The notes: generated from the sequence alone by a model not told the origin. DNA of 64,000 bases from Eledone cirrhosa (GCA_964016885.1 OZ024743.1:14632001-14696000), one strand, 5' to 3'; positions 9,853-24,600 are shown, counted from the first letter of the stretch. Translations and numbers: made by a program.

Positions 9853-12800
9853 AAACTGAGTCAGACATTCGAACACTACATTACAATGAAACTTAATCTT
9901 ATTCATTTATGGGGTTTTTTCTGCCTGTGTGTTTGTTTGTTTATTTGAGTTCGTCTAAAGCGTGGTGATAATGCCACACAAGAGCCAAGTGGTACGGCGC
10001 AACCACCGGAGACGGTGAATCCACAGATGGTTATGTAACCATACATTCGCCAATCCTCGATAAGAGTGTTTAAATATCGAACCTAAACAGTTCGAATAAC
10101 GGTGAAATGGAGACTAGAACGTCATGTGACAGACTCTCACCCAACAGGTGCTCCCTGGCTCAGCAGCAGGAACCTGGCTGTCAACCAAATACTGCTGGTC
10201 TCGGAGGAAGAAGAAGAAGGAAAGGGACCAGAACAAACTGGACGAAAGAATTGAATAGAACTGTTATGCAATATTACCTGAAGAATAACCCCAAGGAGAA
10301 AGGCTATAGGAAAAGGATGCATAACATTTGGAACGAGATTGGTCTATTTAAATTAGATGAACAAAAATTGGCCGGGCAGGCTCGGGTAATAAGAACTAAT
10401 GGGTGGATAAGCGAGCTGGAACTGGAGGAACTGAGCAGCGAGATTAGCTTGGAGATGGAGGGTGGAGTATGCCAGGCAAAGAGCCAGTGGGAAATAAAGG
10501 TGAAGAGGTCGAGAGAACGGAGGAACCACCCGAAGCAGACAATGATCTGAATACTGAGATAAATAATACCTGTAACAGAGATACGGCCACTGAGGAGATG
10601 AATGCTGACGTGCTAGGACAAGATTCGGTTGACATCCTAAATTTAGTGGTAGATTAATTGAACAATGAAAGTGGGAGACCTATGAACCTAAGATTTGTAG
10701 ACAGGAAAAAGTTAAAAGAAACAATAGCTAAGGTAAACAAAATCATCCCATAACTTGAGGCGAGGAGCCTTCCCCAGAGTGGTTGACAAAAGGTACCACA
10801 GTTCTGATAATGAAAGACCGAATCAGGGGCAATGATGTTACCAACTATAGACCTATCACATGTCTGTCCGTACTGTGGAAACTGCTGACGAGAATTGTGT
10901 CTGAGGAAATCTACCATCACCTCCACGCAAACAACTTGTTACGGGACGAACAGAAAGGATGCCGAAAGAAGTCACGTGGTAGAAAGGACCAGTTACTTAT
11001 TGATAAGATGGTAATGGGGAATTGCAGGAGGAGACACACTGATATTGCCATGGGATGGATAGACTACAGAAGGGCATTTGACATGGTGCCTCATTCTTGG
11101 ATCACCAAAAGCCTGGAGATCTTCAAGGTGGCAGATAACATCAGACAGTTGCTGGGCAGGAGTATGAGGTCCTGGGAAACGGAGTTGACATCAACTGGAG
11201 AATCCTTGGGAAGCGTGAAGATCAAGAGAGGTATCTTCCAGGGAGATAGCCTGTCCCCTCTGTTGTTTGTCCTTGCCCTGATGCCCCTGACCATTATGCT
11301 GCGAAAAGTGAGAGCAGGATACAAGATGGGAAAGGGAGAGCTTACCATCAATCACCTCCTCTTCATGGACGATTTAAGCTGTTCGGGAAGAGTGAGAAGA
11401 AGTTGGATGTGCTTGTTGACACTGTCCGTATTTTCAGCAGTGATATATGTATGCAGTTTGGTATTAGTAAGTGTGGAGTCATTGTGATGAGGAGGGGTAG
11501 GTTGAGCAAAAGTAACGGAATCCAGATACCAACAGGTGCGATGATAAAGGAAATTAACTCTGAGGAAGGATACAAGTATTTGGGTGTTCTGGAGGCTGAT
11601 GGCATAAATAACAGAAAAATGAAGGAATTGTTAAGGACTGAATACATTCGGAGAATAAGGAGCGTATTGAAGTCACATCTGAACAGCAGAAATGCCACAA
11701 GCGCAGTAAATCCCGAGCTGTGTCTAAGATTAGGTACAGTGCGGGAATTCTGAGATGGAATGTTGCTGAACAAAAAGAAATGGATAGGAAGACTAGGAAG
11801 CTATTGACTATCTACAACATGTTCCACAAGAGGAGTGATGTCGATAGACTCTACCTAAGGAGATCTGAGGGTGGAAGAGGTCTTATCAGCATAGAGGACT
11901 GTGTTCAGATGCAGAAAAACAACTTACACAAATACGTGACTGATAGTAAGGAGCCAATGCTCAAAACTGTACTGAAGGAGGGGACAATAGGCCAGGGGAT
12001 GTCCAAGGAGGAAATAACATCAAGGAGAAAGAGCAGCCTTCAGGGAAAATCCCTTCATAGTACCTTCTTTGAGAAAACTGAATTTAGAGATCCACAGACA
12101 TGGAACTGGTTGAGAAGAGGAGACCTCAAAAAGGCTACAGAAGGAATGTTAATGGCTGCGCAGGAGCAGGCCCTCAAAACGAAGTGGTTGAAACACCATA
12201 TTTACAAGGAGGAGGCTAGCCTACTGTGCAGGATCTGCGGAGAGAGAGAGGAGACTGTGGCTCACATCGTATCCGAGTGTAAACACCTAGCCCAAACCCA
12301 CTATAAGGGCTGGAGACATGATGTGATGGGCAGGGTTATCCACTGGCACCTGTGCAAAGTAACCAATTTACCACATTCTGAGAAATGGTATGAGCATAAG
12401 CCAGAGGCGGTGATGGAGCACGATCAGGTGAAGGTGCTGTGGGATTTAGGATACAGACGGACAAGAAACTGGAACACAATAGACCTGACCTGGTGGTTGT
12501 GGACAAAGAAAAAAGATCGTGTCTGATTGTGGATGTGGCCTGCCCATTCGACACGAGAGTGCAAGAGAAGGAGAGGGAGAAAATTAACCGATACCAGGAC
12601 TTAAAGTGGGAGGTAAAAAGGATTTGGAACTGCCATGAAGTCAAAGTGATCCCGATAGTCATAGGCGCACTGGGGACTATCTCCAAAAGTTTCCAGGGAT
12701 GGTTAAAGAAAATTGGCCCCTTCACGCTTTTTGGAACGCTTCAAAAAGCATGCTTGCTAGGAACAGCAAGAACCCTCCGATACGTCCTGAATATCTGAGG

Positions 12801-12871
12801 CTGCAGGTAGTGGCTTTATATTCATTTCAACGTACTTTCCAGTTAACTAACATCAATGACTGAGATTCAAG

Positions 12872-12872
<1 letters not shown>
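9853..12872 (+). mobile_element. R4/Dong-like D1 copy with internal deletion and frameshifts
   Basis: METRTSCDRL start at 10107; RT GIFQGDSLSP/FMDD; RLE end; about 700 bp missing near 10775 relative to the 12930 copy; flanked by (TAA)n. Confidence 0.93.
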
Positions 12873-12928
<56 letters not shown>

Positions 12929-12929
12929 T
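12873..12929 (+). repeat. (TAA)n microsatellite
   Basis: Read directly. Confidence 0.97.
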
Positions 12930-15900
12930 TATTCATTTTTGGGGCCCTTTCTGCCCGTGTGTTTGTTTGTTTATGTGTGTCCGTATACAGCGTGGTGATA
13001 ATGCCACACAAGGGCCAAGTGGGATGGCGGATCCACAGATGGCTATGTAAACATACATTCGCCAATCCTCGATAAGAGTGTTTAAATATCGAACATAAAC
13101 AGTTCGAATAACGGTGAAATGGAGACTAGAACGTCATGTGACAGACTCTCACCCAACAGGTGCCCCCTGGCTCAGCAGCAGGAACCTGACTGTCAACCAA
13201 ATACTGCTGATGTTGGAGGAAGAAGAAGAAGGAAAGGGGCCAGAACCAACTGGACGAAAGAATTGAATAGAACTGTTATGCAATGCTACCTGAAAAGTAA
13301 CCCCAAGGAGAGGGGCTACAGGAGACGGATGCATAACATCTGGAACGAGATTGGTTTATTTAAATTAGATGAACAAAAATTGGCCGGGCAGGCTCGGGTA
13401 ATAAGAACTAATGGGTGGATAAGCGAGCTGGAACTGGAGGAACTGAGCAGAGAGAATGGCTTGGAGATGGCGGGTGTAGTATACCAGGCAAGCGAGCCAG
13501 TGGGAAATGAAGGTGAAGAGGTCCTGAGAACGGAGGAACCACCCGAAGCAGACAATGATCTGAATACTGAGATAAATAATACCTGGAACAGAGATACGGC
13601 CACTGAGGAGATGAATGCTGACGGGCTAGGACAAGATTCGGTTGACATCCTAAATTTAGTGGTAGATGAGTTGAACAATGATAGTGGGAGACCTATGAAC
13701 CTAAGATTTGTAGACAGGAAAAAGTTAAAAGAAACAACAGCTAAGGTAAACAAAGTCATCCCATACCTTGAGGCGAGGAGTCTTCACCAGTGCAACAATA
13801 TCCTCAAAGCAACAGCAAATACGGTGAGGAAACTACTTGGTATAAAAGCGAGAGGAAACAACAGACAAGAAAGAGCAGAGCCGTGGTGGAAGAAGCGACT
13901 GAGTGGGCAAATCGGGGAAATGAGAAATGACATAGGAAAGCTTGAGTCACTACTGAATGGGACACTAAAAAACATAGGCACTAAAAATAGACTGGAAATA
14001 AAATACAAAACTAGGAGTAAAAAGCTAAATATTATCATAGAGGAATTGAAGCAACGCATTGTAGCAAAGAGTGCCAAAATCAGGCGATACGAGAACAGAG
14101 TCAGTCAGTATAAACAGAACCGCATGTTCGACAACAACCAGAAGATGCTGTTTGGACAGCTTGAGGGGAAAGAAAGAGGCAACGACTTGATCCCTGGGGC
14201 GGAACAAGCTAAAACATTCTGGAGAGGAACATGGGAGCAGGATGTTAGACACAATGCCCAGGCAGGGTGGATTGAGACAGTACAGAGGGAGATCGGTGAG
14301 CAGGCACAGCAACAGACTGATTTGAGTATCACAGTTGAAACTCTTAAGGGGCAAGCCAAAAAACTAACCAACTGGAAATCACCAGGCCCAGATGGTGTGC
14401 AGGGGTATTGGATTAAACATTTAACATCCCTCCACCCGAAGCTGACGGCCATGTTCAATGACTGCTTGGTGTCGGGTGAGGTGCCAGAGTGGTTGACAAA
14501 GGGTACCACAGTTCTGATAATGAAAGACCGAATCAAGGGTAATGATGTTACCAACTATAGACCTATCACATGTCTGCCCGTAATGTGGAAACTGTTGACG
14601 AGCATTGTGTCTGAGGAAATCTACCATCACCTCCACACAAACAACTTGTTGCCGGACGAACAGAAAGGATGCCGAAAGAAGTCACGTGGTACAAAGGACC
14701 AGTTGCTTATTGATAAGATGGTAATGGGGAATTGCAGGAGGAGACACACTGATCTTGCCATGGGATGGATAGACTACAGAAAGGCATTTGACATGGTGCC
14801 TCATTCCTGGATCACCAAAAGCCTGGAGATCTTCAGGGTGGCAGATAACATCAGACAGTTGCTGGGCAGGAGTATGGGGTCCTGGGAGACAGAGTTGACA
14901 TCAACTGGAGTATCCTTGGGAAGCGTGAAGATCAAGAGAGGTATCTTCCAGGGAGATAGCCTGTCCCCTCTGTTGTTTGTCCTTGCCCTGATGCCCTTGA
15001 CCATTATGCTGGGAAAAGTGAGAGCAGGATACAAGTTGGGAAGGGGAGAGCTTACCATCATTCACCTCCTCTTCATGGACGATCTTAAGCTCTTCGGGAA
15101 AAGTGAGAAGGAGTTGGATGTGCTTGTTGACACTGTCCGTATTTTCAGCAGTGATATATGTATGCAGTTTGGTATTGGTAAATGTGGAGTCATTGTGATG
15201 AGGAGGGGTAGGTTGAGCAGAAGTAACGGGATCCAGATACCAACAGGTGAGATGATAAAGGAAATTGACTCTGAGGAAGGATACAAGTATTTGGGCGTTC
15301 TGGAGGCTGATGGCATAAAGAACAAAAAAATGAAGGAATTGTTAAGAACTGAATACATTCGGAGAGTAAGGAGCGTATTGAAGTCACATCTGAACAGCTG
15401 AAATGCCATAAGCGCAGTAAATTCCCGAGCTGTGTCTATTATTAGGTACAGTGCGGGAATTCTGAGATGGAATGTTGCTGAACAAAAAGAAATGGATAGG
15501 AAGACTAGGAAGCTATTGACTATCTACAACATGTTCCACAAGAGGAGTGATGTCGATAGACTCTACCTAAGGAGATCTGAGGGTGGAAGAGGTCTTATCA
15601 GCATAGAGGACTGTGTTCAGATGGAGAAAAACAACCTATACAAATACGTGACCTATAGTAAGGAGCCAATGCCCAGAGCTGTACTGAAGGAGGGGACAGT
15701 GGGCCAGGGGATACCCAAGGAGGAAATAACATCAAGGAGGAAGAGCAGCCTTAAGGGAAAATCCCTTCATAGTACCTTCTTTGAGAAAACTGAATTTAGA
15801 GATCCACAGACATGGAACTGGTTGAGAAGAGGAGACCTCAAAAAGGCTACAGAAGGAATGCTAATGGCTGCGCAGGAGCAGGCCCTCAAAACGAAGTGGT

Positions 15901-16585
15901 TGAAGCACCATATCTACAAGGAGGAGGCTAGCCCACTGTGCAGGATCTGTGGAGAGAGAGAGGAGACTGTGGCTCACATTGTGTCCGAGTGTAAACACCT
16001 AGCCCAGACCCACTATAAGGGCTGGAGACACGATGTGATGGGCAGGGTGATCCACTGGCACCTGTGCAAAGTAAACAATCTACCACATTCTGAGAAATGG
16101 TATGAGCATAGGCCAGAGGCGGTGATGGAGAACAGTCAGGTGAAGGTGCTGTGGGATTTTAGGATACAGACGGACAAAAAACTGGAACACAATAGACCTG
16201 ACCTGGTGGTTGTGGACAAAGAAAAAAGATCGTGCCTGATTGTGGATGTGGCCTGCCCGTTCGACACGAGAGTGCAAGAGAAGGAGAGGGAGAAAATTAA
16301 CCGATACCAGGACCTAAAGTGGGAGGTGAAAAGGATTTGGAACTGCCATGAAGTCAAAGTGATCCCGATTGTCATAGGCGCACTGGGGACTATCTCCAAA
16401 GGTTTCCAGGGATGGTTAAAGAAAATCGGCCCCTTCACGCTTTTTGGAACGCTTCAAAAGGCATGCTTGCTTGGAACGGCAAGAACCCTCCGATACGTCC
16501 TGAATATCTGAGGCTGCAGGTAGTGGCTTGATATTCAATCCAACGGACTTTCCAGTTAACCAACATCAATGACTGAGATTCAAGG
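12930..16585 (+). mobile_element. R4/Dong-like D1, near full-length copy
   Basis: 5'UTR, complete ORF and 3'UTR, bounded by (TAA)n. Confidence 0.95.
13119..16511 (+). pseudogene. D1 RT-zinc finger-RLE polyprotein, about 1130 codons with a single nonsense codon
   Basis: ORFs 13119-15401 and 15432-16511 are in frame; TGA at 15399-15401 where other copies have AGA/AGG; motifs WKSPGPDG, YRPITCL, DYRKAFD, GIFQGDSLSP, FMDD, YKYLG, CRIC..H....C, RHD, RPD. Confidence 0.93.
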
Positions 16586-16627
16586 AATAACAATAATAAT
16601 AATAATAATAACAATAATAATAATAAT
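16586..16627 (+). repeat. (TAA)n microsatellite
   Basis: Read directly. Confidence 0.96.
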
Positions 16628-18980
16628 TCTGGAGTGGAATATGGGAGCAGGATGTTAAACATAATGACCAGGCAGTACAGAAGGAGATCAGTGAACAGGC
16701 ACACCAACAAACTGATTTGAGTATCACAGTTGAAACTCTTATAGGGTAGGCCAAAAAACTAACCAACTGGAAATCACCTGGCCCAGATGGTGTGCAGGGG
16801 TATTGGATTAAAAACATAACATCCCTCTACCCGAAACTGACAACCATGTTCAATGACTGCTTGATATCAGGTGAGGTGCCAGAGTGGTTAACAAAAGGTA
16901 CCACAGTTCTGATAATGAAAGACCGAACGAAGGGTAATGATGTTACCAACTATAGACCTATCACCTGTCTGTCCGTAATGTGGAAACTGTTGACAAGCAT
17001 TATGTCTAAGGAAATCTACCATCACCTCCACACAAACAACTTGTTACCGGACGAACAGAAAGGATGCCGAAAGAAGTCACGTGGTACAAAGGACCAGTTA
17101 CTTATTGATAAGATGGTAATGATGAATTGCAAAAGAAGACACACTGGTTTTGCCATGGGATGGATAGACTACAAAAAGGCATTTGACATGGTGCCTCATT
17201 CTTGGATCACCAAAAGCCTGGTGATTTTCATGGTGGCAGATAACATCAGGCAGTTGTTGGGCAAAAGTATGAAGTCCTGGGAAACAGAGTTAACATCAAC
17301 TGGAGTATCCTTGGGAAGCGTGAAGATCAAGAGAGGTATCTTCCAGGGAGATAGTCTGTCCTCTCTGTTGTTTGTCCTTGCCCTGATGCCCCTGACCAGT
17401 GTACTGCGAAAAGTGAGAGCAGGATACAGGTTGGGAAAGGGAGGGCTTACCATCAATCACATTCTCTTCATGGACGATCTTAAGCTCTTCGGGAAGAGTG
17501 AGAAGGAGTTGGATGTGCTTGTTGACACTGTCCGTATTTTCAGCAATGATATATGTATGCAATTTGGCATTAGTAAGTGTGGAGTCATTGTGATGAGGAG
17601 GGGTAGGTTGAGCAGAAGTAACGAAATCCAGATACCAACAGGGGAGATGATAAAAGCAATTGACTCTGAGGAAGGATACAAGTATTTAGGTGTTCTGGAG
17701 GCTGATGACATCAATAACAAAAAAATGAAGGAATTGATAAGAACTGAATACCTTCGGAGAGTAAGGAGCGTATTAAAGTCACATCTGAACAGTAGGAATG
17801 CCATAAGTGCAGTAAATTCCCGAGCTGTGTCTATTATTAGGTACAGTGCGGGAATTCTGAGATGGAATGTTGCTGCACAAAAAGAAATGGATAGGAAGAC
17901 TAGGAAGCTATTGACTATCTACAACATGTTCCACAAGAGGAGTGATGTCGATAGACTCTACTTAAGGAGATCTGAGGGTGGAAGAGGTCTTATCAGCATA
18001 GAGGACTGTGTTCAGTTGGAGAAAAACAACCTCCACAAATACGTGACTGAGAGTAAGGAGCCAATGCTCAGAATTGTACTGAAGGAGGGGACAATAGCCT
18101 AGGGGATGTCCAAGGAGGAAATAACATCAAGGAGAAAGAGCAGCCTTCAGGGAAAATCCCTTCATAGTACCTTCTTTGAGAAAACTGAATTTAGAGATCC
18201 ACAGACATGGAACTGGTTGAGAAGAGGAGACCTCAAAAAGGCTACAGAAGGAATGTTAATGGCTGCGCAGGAGCAGGCCCTCAAAACGAAGTGGTTGAAA
18301 CACCATATTTACAAGGAGGAGGCTAGCCTACTGTGCAGGATCTGCGGAGAGAGAGAGGAGACTGTGGATCACATTGTATGCGAGTGTAAACACCTAGCCC
18401 ATAATCACTATAAGGGCTGGAGACATGATGTGATTGGCAGGGTTATCCACTGGCACCTATGCAAAGTAAACAATTTACCACATTCTGAGAAGTGATATGA
18501 GCATAAGCCAGAGGCGGTGATAGAAAACGATCCGGTGAAGGTGCTGTGGGATTTTAGGATACAGACGGACAAGAAACTGGAACACAATAGACCTGACCTG
18601 GTGGTTTTGGACAAAGGAAAAAGATCGTGCCTGATTGTGGATGTGGCCTGCCCATTCGACACGAGAGTGCAAGAGAAGGAGAGGGAAAAAATTAACCGAT
18701 ACCAGGACTAAAGTGGGAGGTAAAAAGGATTTGGAACTGCCATGAAGTCAAAGTGATCCCGATTGTCATAGGCGCACTAGGGACTATCTCAAAAAGTTTC
18801 AAGGGATGGTTAAAGAAAATTGGCCCCTTCACGCTATTTGGAACGCTTCAAAAAGCATGCTTGCTGGGAACAGCAAGAACCCTCCGATACGTCCTGAATA
18901 TCTGAGGCGGCAGGTAGTGGCTTGATATTCATCTCAACAAACTTTCCAGTTAACTAACATCAATGACTGAGACTCAAAGA

Positions 18981-18981
<1 letters not shown>
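16628..18981 (+). mobile_element. R4/Dong-like D1, 5'-truncated degenerate copy
   Basis: Starts just upstream of the RT; ORFs 16792-18102, 18106-18495 and 18517-18711 are separated by stops or a frameshift; (TAA)n on both sides. Confidence 0.93.

Positions 18982-19033
<52 letters not shown>
18982..19033 (+). repeat. (TAA)n microsatellite
   Basis: Read directly. Confidence 0.97.
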
Positions 19034-21638
19034 TCAAACACTACATTACAATGAAACTTATGCTTGTTCGTTTGTGGGTTTTTTTCTGCCAGTTTGTTTG
19101 TTTGTTTTTTTGGGTTCGTCTACAGCGTGATAATGCTACACTAAAGTCACGTGGAATGACGAAACCACCGGAGTCAAGTAATTCACCGGTGGTTATGTAA
19201 CCATACATTCGCCAATCCTCGATAAGAGTGTTTAAATGTCGAACCTAAACAGTTCGAATAACGGTGAAATGGAGACTAGAATGTCATGTGACAGACTCTC
19301 ACCCAACAGGTGCTCCCTGGCTCAGCAGCGGGGACCTGGCTGTCAACCAAATACTGCTGGTGTCGGAGGAAGAAGAAGAAGGAAAGGGACCAGAACCAAC
19401 TGGACGAAAGAATTGAATAGAACTGTTATGCAATGTTACCTGAAGAGTAACCCCAAGGAGAAAGGCTATAGGAAAAGGATGCATAACATCTGGAACGAGA
19501 TTGGTCCATTTAAATTAGAAGAACAAAAACTGGCCGGGCAGGCTCGGGTAATAAGAACTAATGGGCGGATAAGCGAGCTGGAACTGGAGGAACAGAGCAG
19601 AGAGATTAGCTTGGAGATAGAGGGTGGAGTATGCCAGGCAAACGAGCCAGTGGGAAATGAAGGTGAAGAGGTCGAGAGAACGGAGGAACCACCTGAGACA
19701 GACAATGATCTGTATGCTGAGATAAATAATACCTGGAACAGAGATACGGCCACTGAGGAGATGAATGCTGACATGCTAGGACAAGATTTGGTAGATATCC
19801 TAAACTTAGTGCTAGATGAATTGAACAATGATAGTGGGAGACCTATGAAACTAAGATTTGTAGACAGGAACAAGTTAAAAGTAACAACAGCTAAGGTAAA
19901 CAAAGTCATCCCATACCTTGAGGCGAGGAGCCTTCTCCAGTGCAACAATATCCTCAAAGCAATTGCAAATACGGTGAGGAAACTACTTGGTATAAAATCG
20001 AGAGGAAACAACAGACAAGAAAGAGCAGAGCCTTGGTGGAAGAAACGACTGAGTGGTCAAATCAGGGAAATGAGAAATGCCATTGGAAAGCTTGAGTCCC
20101 TACTTCATGGGACACTAAAAAACATAGACACTAAAAATAGACTGGAAATAAAGTACAAAACTAGGAGGAAAAAGCTACATATTATCATAGAGGAACTGAA
20201 GCAACGCATTGTAGCAAAGAGTGCATAAATCAGGCGATACGAGAACAGAGTCAGCCAGTATAGACAGAACCGCATGTTCGACAACAACCAGAAGATGCTG
20301 TTTGGACAGCTTGAAGGGAAAGAAAGGGGCAACGACTTGATCCCTGAGGCGGAAGAAACTAAAACATTCTGGAGAGAAATATGGGAGCAGGATGTTAAAC
20401 ATAATGACCAGGCAGTGTAGATTGAGACAGTACAGAAGATCAGTGAACAGGCACACCAACAAACTGATTTGATTATCACAGTTGAAACTCTTAAGGGGCA
20501 GGCCAAAAAACTAACCAACTGGAAATCACCTGGCCCAGATGGTGTGCAGGGGTATTGGATTAAAAACATAACATCCCTCCACCCGAAACTGACAACCATG
20601 TTCAATGACTGCTTGATGTCATGTGAGGTACCAGACTGGTTGACAAAAGGTACCACAGTTCTGATCATGAAAGACCGAATCAAGGGTAATGATGTTACCA
20701 ACTATAGACCTATCACATGTCTGTACGTAATGTGGAAACTGTTGACAAGCATTATGTCTGAGGAAATCTACCATCACCTCCACACAAACAACTTGTTACC
20801 GGACGAACAGAAAGGATGCCGAAAGAAGTCATATGGTACAAAGGACCAGTTACTTATTGATAAGATGGTAATGAAGAATTGCAAGAGGAGACACACTGGT
20901 CTTGCCATGGGATGGATAGACTACAAAAAGGCATTTGATGCAAGAGCAGGCCCTCAAAACGAAGTGGTTGAAACACCATATTTACAAGGAGGAGGCTAGC
21001 CCACTGTGCAGGATCTGTGGAGAGAGAGAGGAGACTGTGGCTCACATTGTATCCGAGTGTAAACACCTAGCCCAGACTTACTATAAGGGCTGGAGACATG
21101 ATGTGATCGGCAGGGTGATCCACTGGCACCTATGAAAAGTAAAGAATTTACCACATTCACATAAGCCACAGGCGGTGATAGAAAACGATCAGGTGAAGGT
21201 GCTGTGGGATTTTAGGATACAGATGGACAAGAAACTGGAACACAATAGACCTGACCTGGTGGTTGTGGATAAAGAAAAAAGATCGTGCCTGATTGTGGAT
21301 GTGGCCTGCCCATTCGACACGAGAGTGCCAGAGAAGGAGAGGGAGAAAATTAACCGATATCAGGACTTAAAGTGGGAGGTAAAAAGGATTTGGAACTGCC
21401 TTGAAGTCAAAGTGATCCCGATGTCATAGGCGCATTAGGTACTATCTCAAAAGGTTTCCAGGGATGGTTAAAGAAAAATGGCCCCTTTACGCTTTTTGGA
21501 AGCTTCAAAAGGCATGCTTGCTGGGAACAGCAATAACCCTCCGATACGGCCTGATTATCTGAGGCTGCAGGTAGTGGCTTGATATTCATTTCAACAAACT
21601 TTCCAGTTAACTAACATCAATGACTGAGACTCAAAGAG
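19034..21638 (+). mobile_element. R4/Dong-like D1 copy with stops and an approximately 1.1-kb deletion of the RT core
   Basis: DYKKAFD joined directly to QEQALKT at about 20939. Confidence 0.92.
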
Positions 21639-21681
21639 TAATAACAATAATAATAATAATAATAATAATAGTAATAATAAT
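21639..21681 (+). repeat. Imperfect (TAA)n microsatellite
   Basis: Read directly. Confidence 0.95.
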
Positions 21682-24600
21682 GTTTTCTTTATTAACCACA
21701 AGGGTTTACATAAAGTAGACATTAAGGACAATGCAGGACAATACAGGACGGTACAAATGGGCATTTCTGGGTGTAAAAAAACAAAAACAGAGGATGTAAC
21801 AAAAAATAACAATGAAAAATTCCCCAATAGGGGGGACTTCGGAGGGACATTTGTGGAGAAAGCCCAGTAAAAGGCCACAATGACCCTGACCACCAAGGCA
21901 AGTGCCCTTTCCCAGTTTTCCACCTTTAATTTACAGATATATACTCAGAGTAGTCCCATTCACTCGGGTCATTCTTGCTTCTCTCACCCATCTTTCAACA
22001 AAAGGCTGGGAAGTGAGCATTTCCCTCTCAACTCTGATTTTCCTTTTCAAATGAAATTTGAAAAAGTCAATCAGAGCATCACCGAAGAGGTAAGTGCTCG
22101 TCTTCAGCCCTTTCAAACGTGTCCACCATACTATCTCCTTCGCCATGGCCACCAGACAGATAAAAACTGCCTGCCCTTCCCGGCTAAAGGAGGAGGGTGG
22201 GGCAATCCTCACGATGGACTCAGATGATAGCCGGGTCCGTCCTAAACGCGACAGCAGGTGTTCGACATAAACCCACAAGTCAGCAATGCTCGGACGCTGG
22301 ACGAGTGCGTGCAGGACGGTTTCGTCGCCCTGTGCGCATCTCGTACATGCCCCGCTGACGGCACCTTCATGCCTGTAGAGTTTATCCCGAACTGGCAAAG
22401 CTCCCCGGCAGCACTGCCAGGCCAGGGATTTCTGGAAGTTGTCCATAGGCCCTGGCCCGAAAGTTCTTCCGAAGAGATTGGCTAGTTGATTTTTGTCCGT
22501 CTGGAGGTCCGGACCGAACCAGACCCCTAGCAAATTAACCGGTCTGTCCGTCTAGCGTCCGACGACGCTGTTGGACGGCATGGACCTGCCTCTCCAGGTG
22601 CCGAGCTGCAGGCCCACTGACTTTTCCTGGTTGATCATTGCTCCTGTCACCGCTTCGTATTCTCTTAGTGTAGTGCCGATCACCTCGATGTGTTTGGCGT
22701 TCGACACCACTACGGTGACATCGTCCGCATATGCTGACACGGATCTTCCGCATCCTAGTTCGCGCGGGACCCCCCTCAACGTCTCCAGTTTGTGCAGTAA
22801 TGGTCCGAGAGTCAATACGTACAAGAGGGACGAGAGGGGACATCCTTGGCGGACCGAGCGCATGATGTTGAACGGTTCCGACAGGTGACCGTTCACTCTC
22901 ACCACAGAGCAGATGTCGTTGTGCATGGCAGCGATCCAGCCTCTGAAGACGGCCCCAAAGCCAGCCACCCTCAGGATTGCCGCTAGGTAACGATGGTCGA
23001 CCCTATCGAAAGCTTTCGACTGATCTAAATTTATCAAGGACCCACCCGTGCCAGGTTCCCTAGCTACCCTCTCTACGATGTATCGCATGAGGTGGAGGTT
23101 GTCGTGGATGGATCTGTCGGGAATGGCGCATGTCTGCCCCTCTCCCACCAGACCACCAACGACAAGCGCCAGCCTCTTTGCTAGCACCTTGGCCAAAATC
23201 TTGAACTCTGTGTTTAGCAGAGTTATGGGCCGGAAATTATCTATGTTATCCCCCTTGTTCGGATCCTTTCTCAGCAGTGCCACCGCTCCTCGGCTCACAG
23301 AACTGGGGATTCTCCCGTTCTGTTGCCAGTTGCAGTAGACGTCCGCCAAGAGGCCCCCGAACAAGCCTGGCATCTGTACGTAAAGTTCATAGGGCAGACC
23401 ATCCAAACCAGGCGATTTACCCCTTGTGCAGCCAGTCATTGCCTCCCTTACTTCAGCGGCTGTGATCGGCTTTTCGCAACACTTCGCCTCAGTGGCCGAG
23501 AGCCGCGGCAGTCCGTCGAGGTAGACACTAAAGTCCATCCCTCGACCCGGCCCACCTCTGCCCCCGAACAGCAGAGCGAAGTGTCGCTGAAAAGCTTCAC
23601 ACATTTGCCCGGGATCGAGTAGCATGCGCGCGTCGTGGTCCACCAAAGACCGGATCGTGGCTTTGCAGCCACGACGCGCCTCCGCCACTCGGGCCCATTG
23701 AACGGCTTTCGTCCCCTCGTGTCTGAGAGCACGTAACCTTGCTCTGACAACGCAGCCTTCGTGCTTTGCATTGAAGAATTGGTCAAGGGCCAATTTCGCC
23801 GCAAGCACGTCGGTCGCAATGCCTTTGCTAAGCGCCTCATCTAATTTTCTAACTAGTTCTCCCTCTGCTCTATTTTTCTCTATTGCTAAAGCCTTACTAA
23901 ACCTAATGGATTCTATTCTAATCGCTCTTTTCAGAGCAAACCACCACTTGTTGTTGACGATGGCCCCCGTCAACGCCCGCTTAACCAGTTCGCTAATCCA
24001 GTCTCTGTATGCCTTGCGCGCTGGTAAGGACGCGTTTAGCTTCCAGTAGCCGGGTCCTCGTCTATGAAGCCTATCTAAGTCAAGCACACAGATCACGAAT
24101 TTGTGGTCCGTGTAGCTGACTATCTTGAATTGTGGACAGCCTATGCTAGACCTATCTATTTCATACAAAATACTCTATCTAGATATGATCTGGATGACCC
24201 TATACGATTTGTCCAAGTCCACATTGGCACATTCGGGAAATCCAATCGGTACCTGTCAGACAGTTCAAAACGCCTGAGCAGGTTGGTGAGGCTCTTGCAC
24301 CCTCCACTCCTATCCGCTAATCCCACACAGTCCCAGGGTCCATCTAAGATCCCGTTCCAGTCGCCCACTAACACTAAAGAGAGGGACCCCCAAAGAAAGG
24401 TCTCCAGACGCCGGAAGAAATCAGGCCGCCCTGCTCCTGTCGGGTCATAGACGGCCACTAGCCTGAAAGCTTGCCCGTCTCCGCTGGTCACGTCCAGCAC
24501 CACCAGCTTACCCTCTGGGTCCAGGAAGATGGCCCGTATGACGAGATCCAAACCTCTCCGAAAAAGCACAGCAACTCCTCCCCCCGATCCAGGACGGCTG

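Noticed and set aside
9685-21681. Repeat-spacer-like alternation suggestive of a CRISPR-type array or bacterial RT system
   Set aside because: The repeats are simple microsatellites and the spacers are kilobase retrotransposons in eukaryotic DNA
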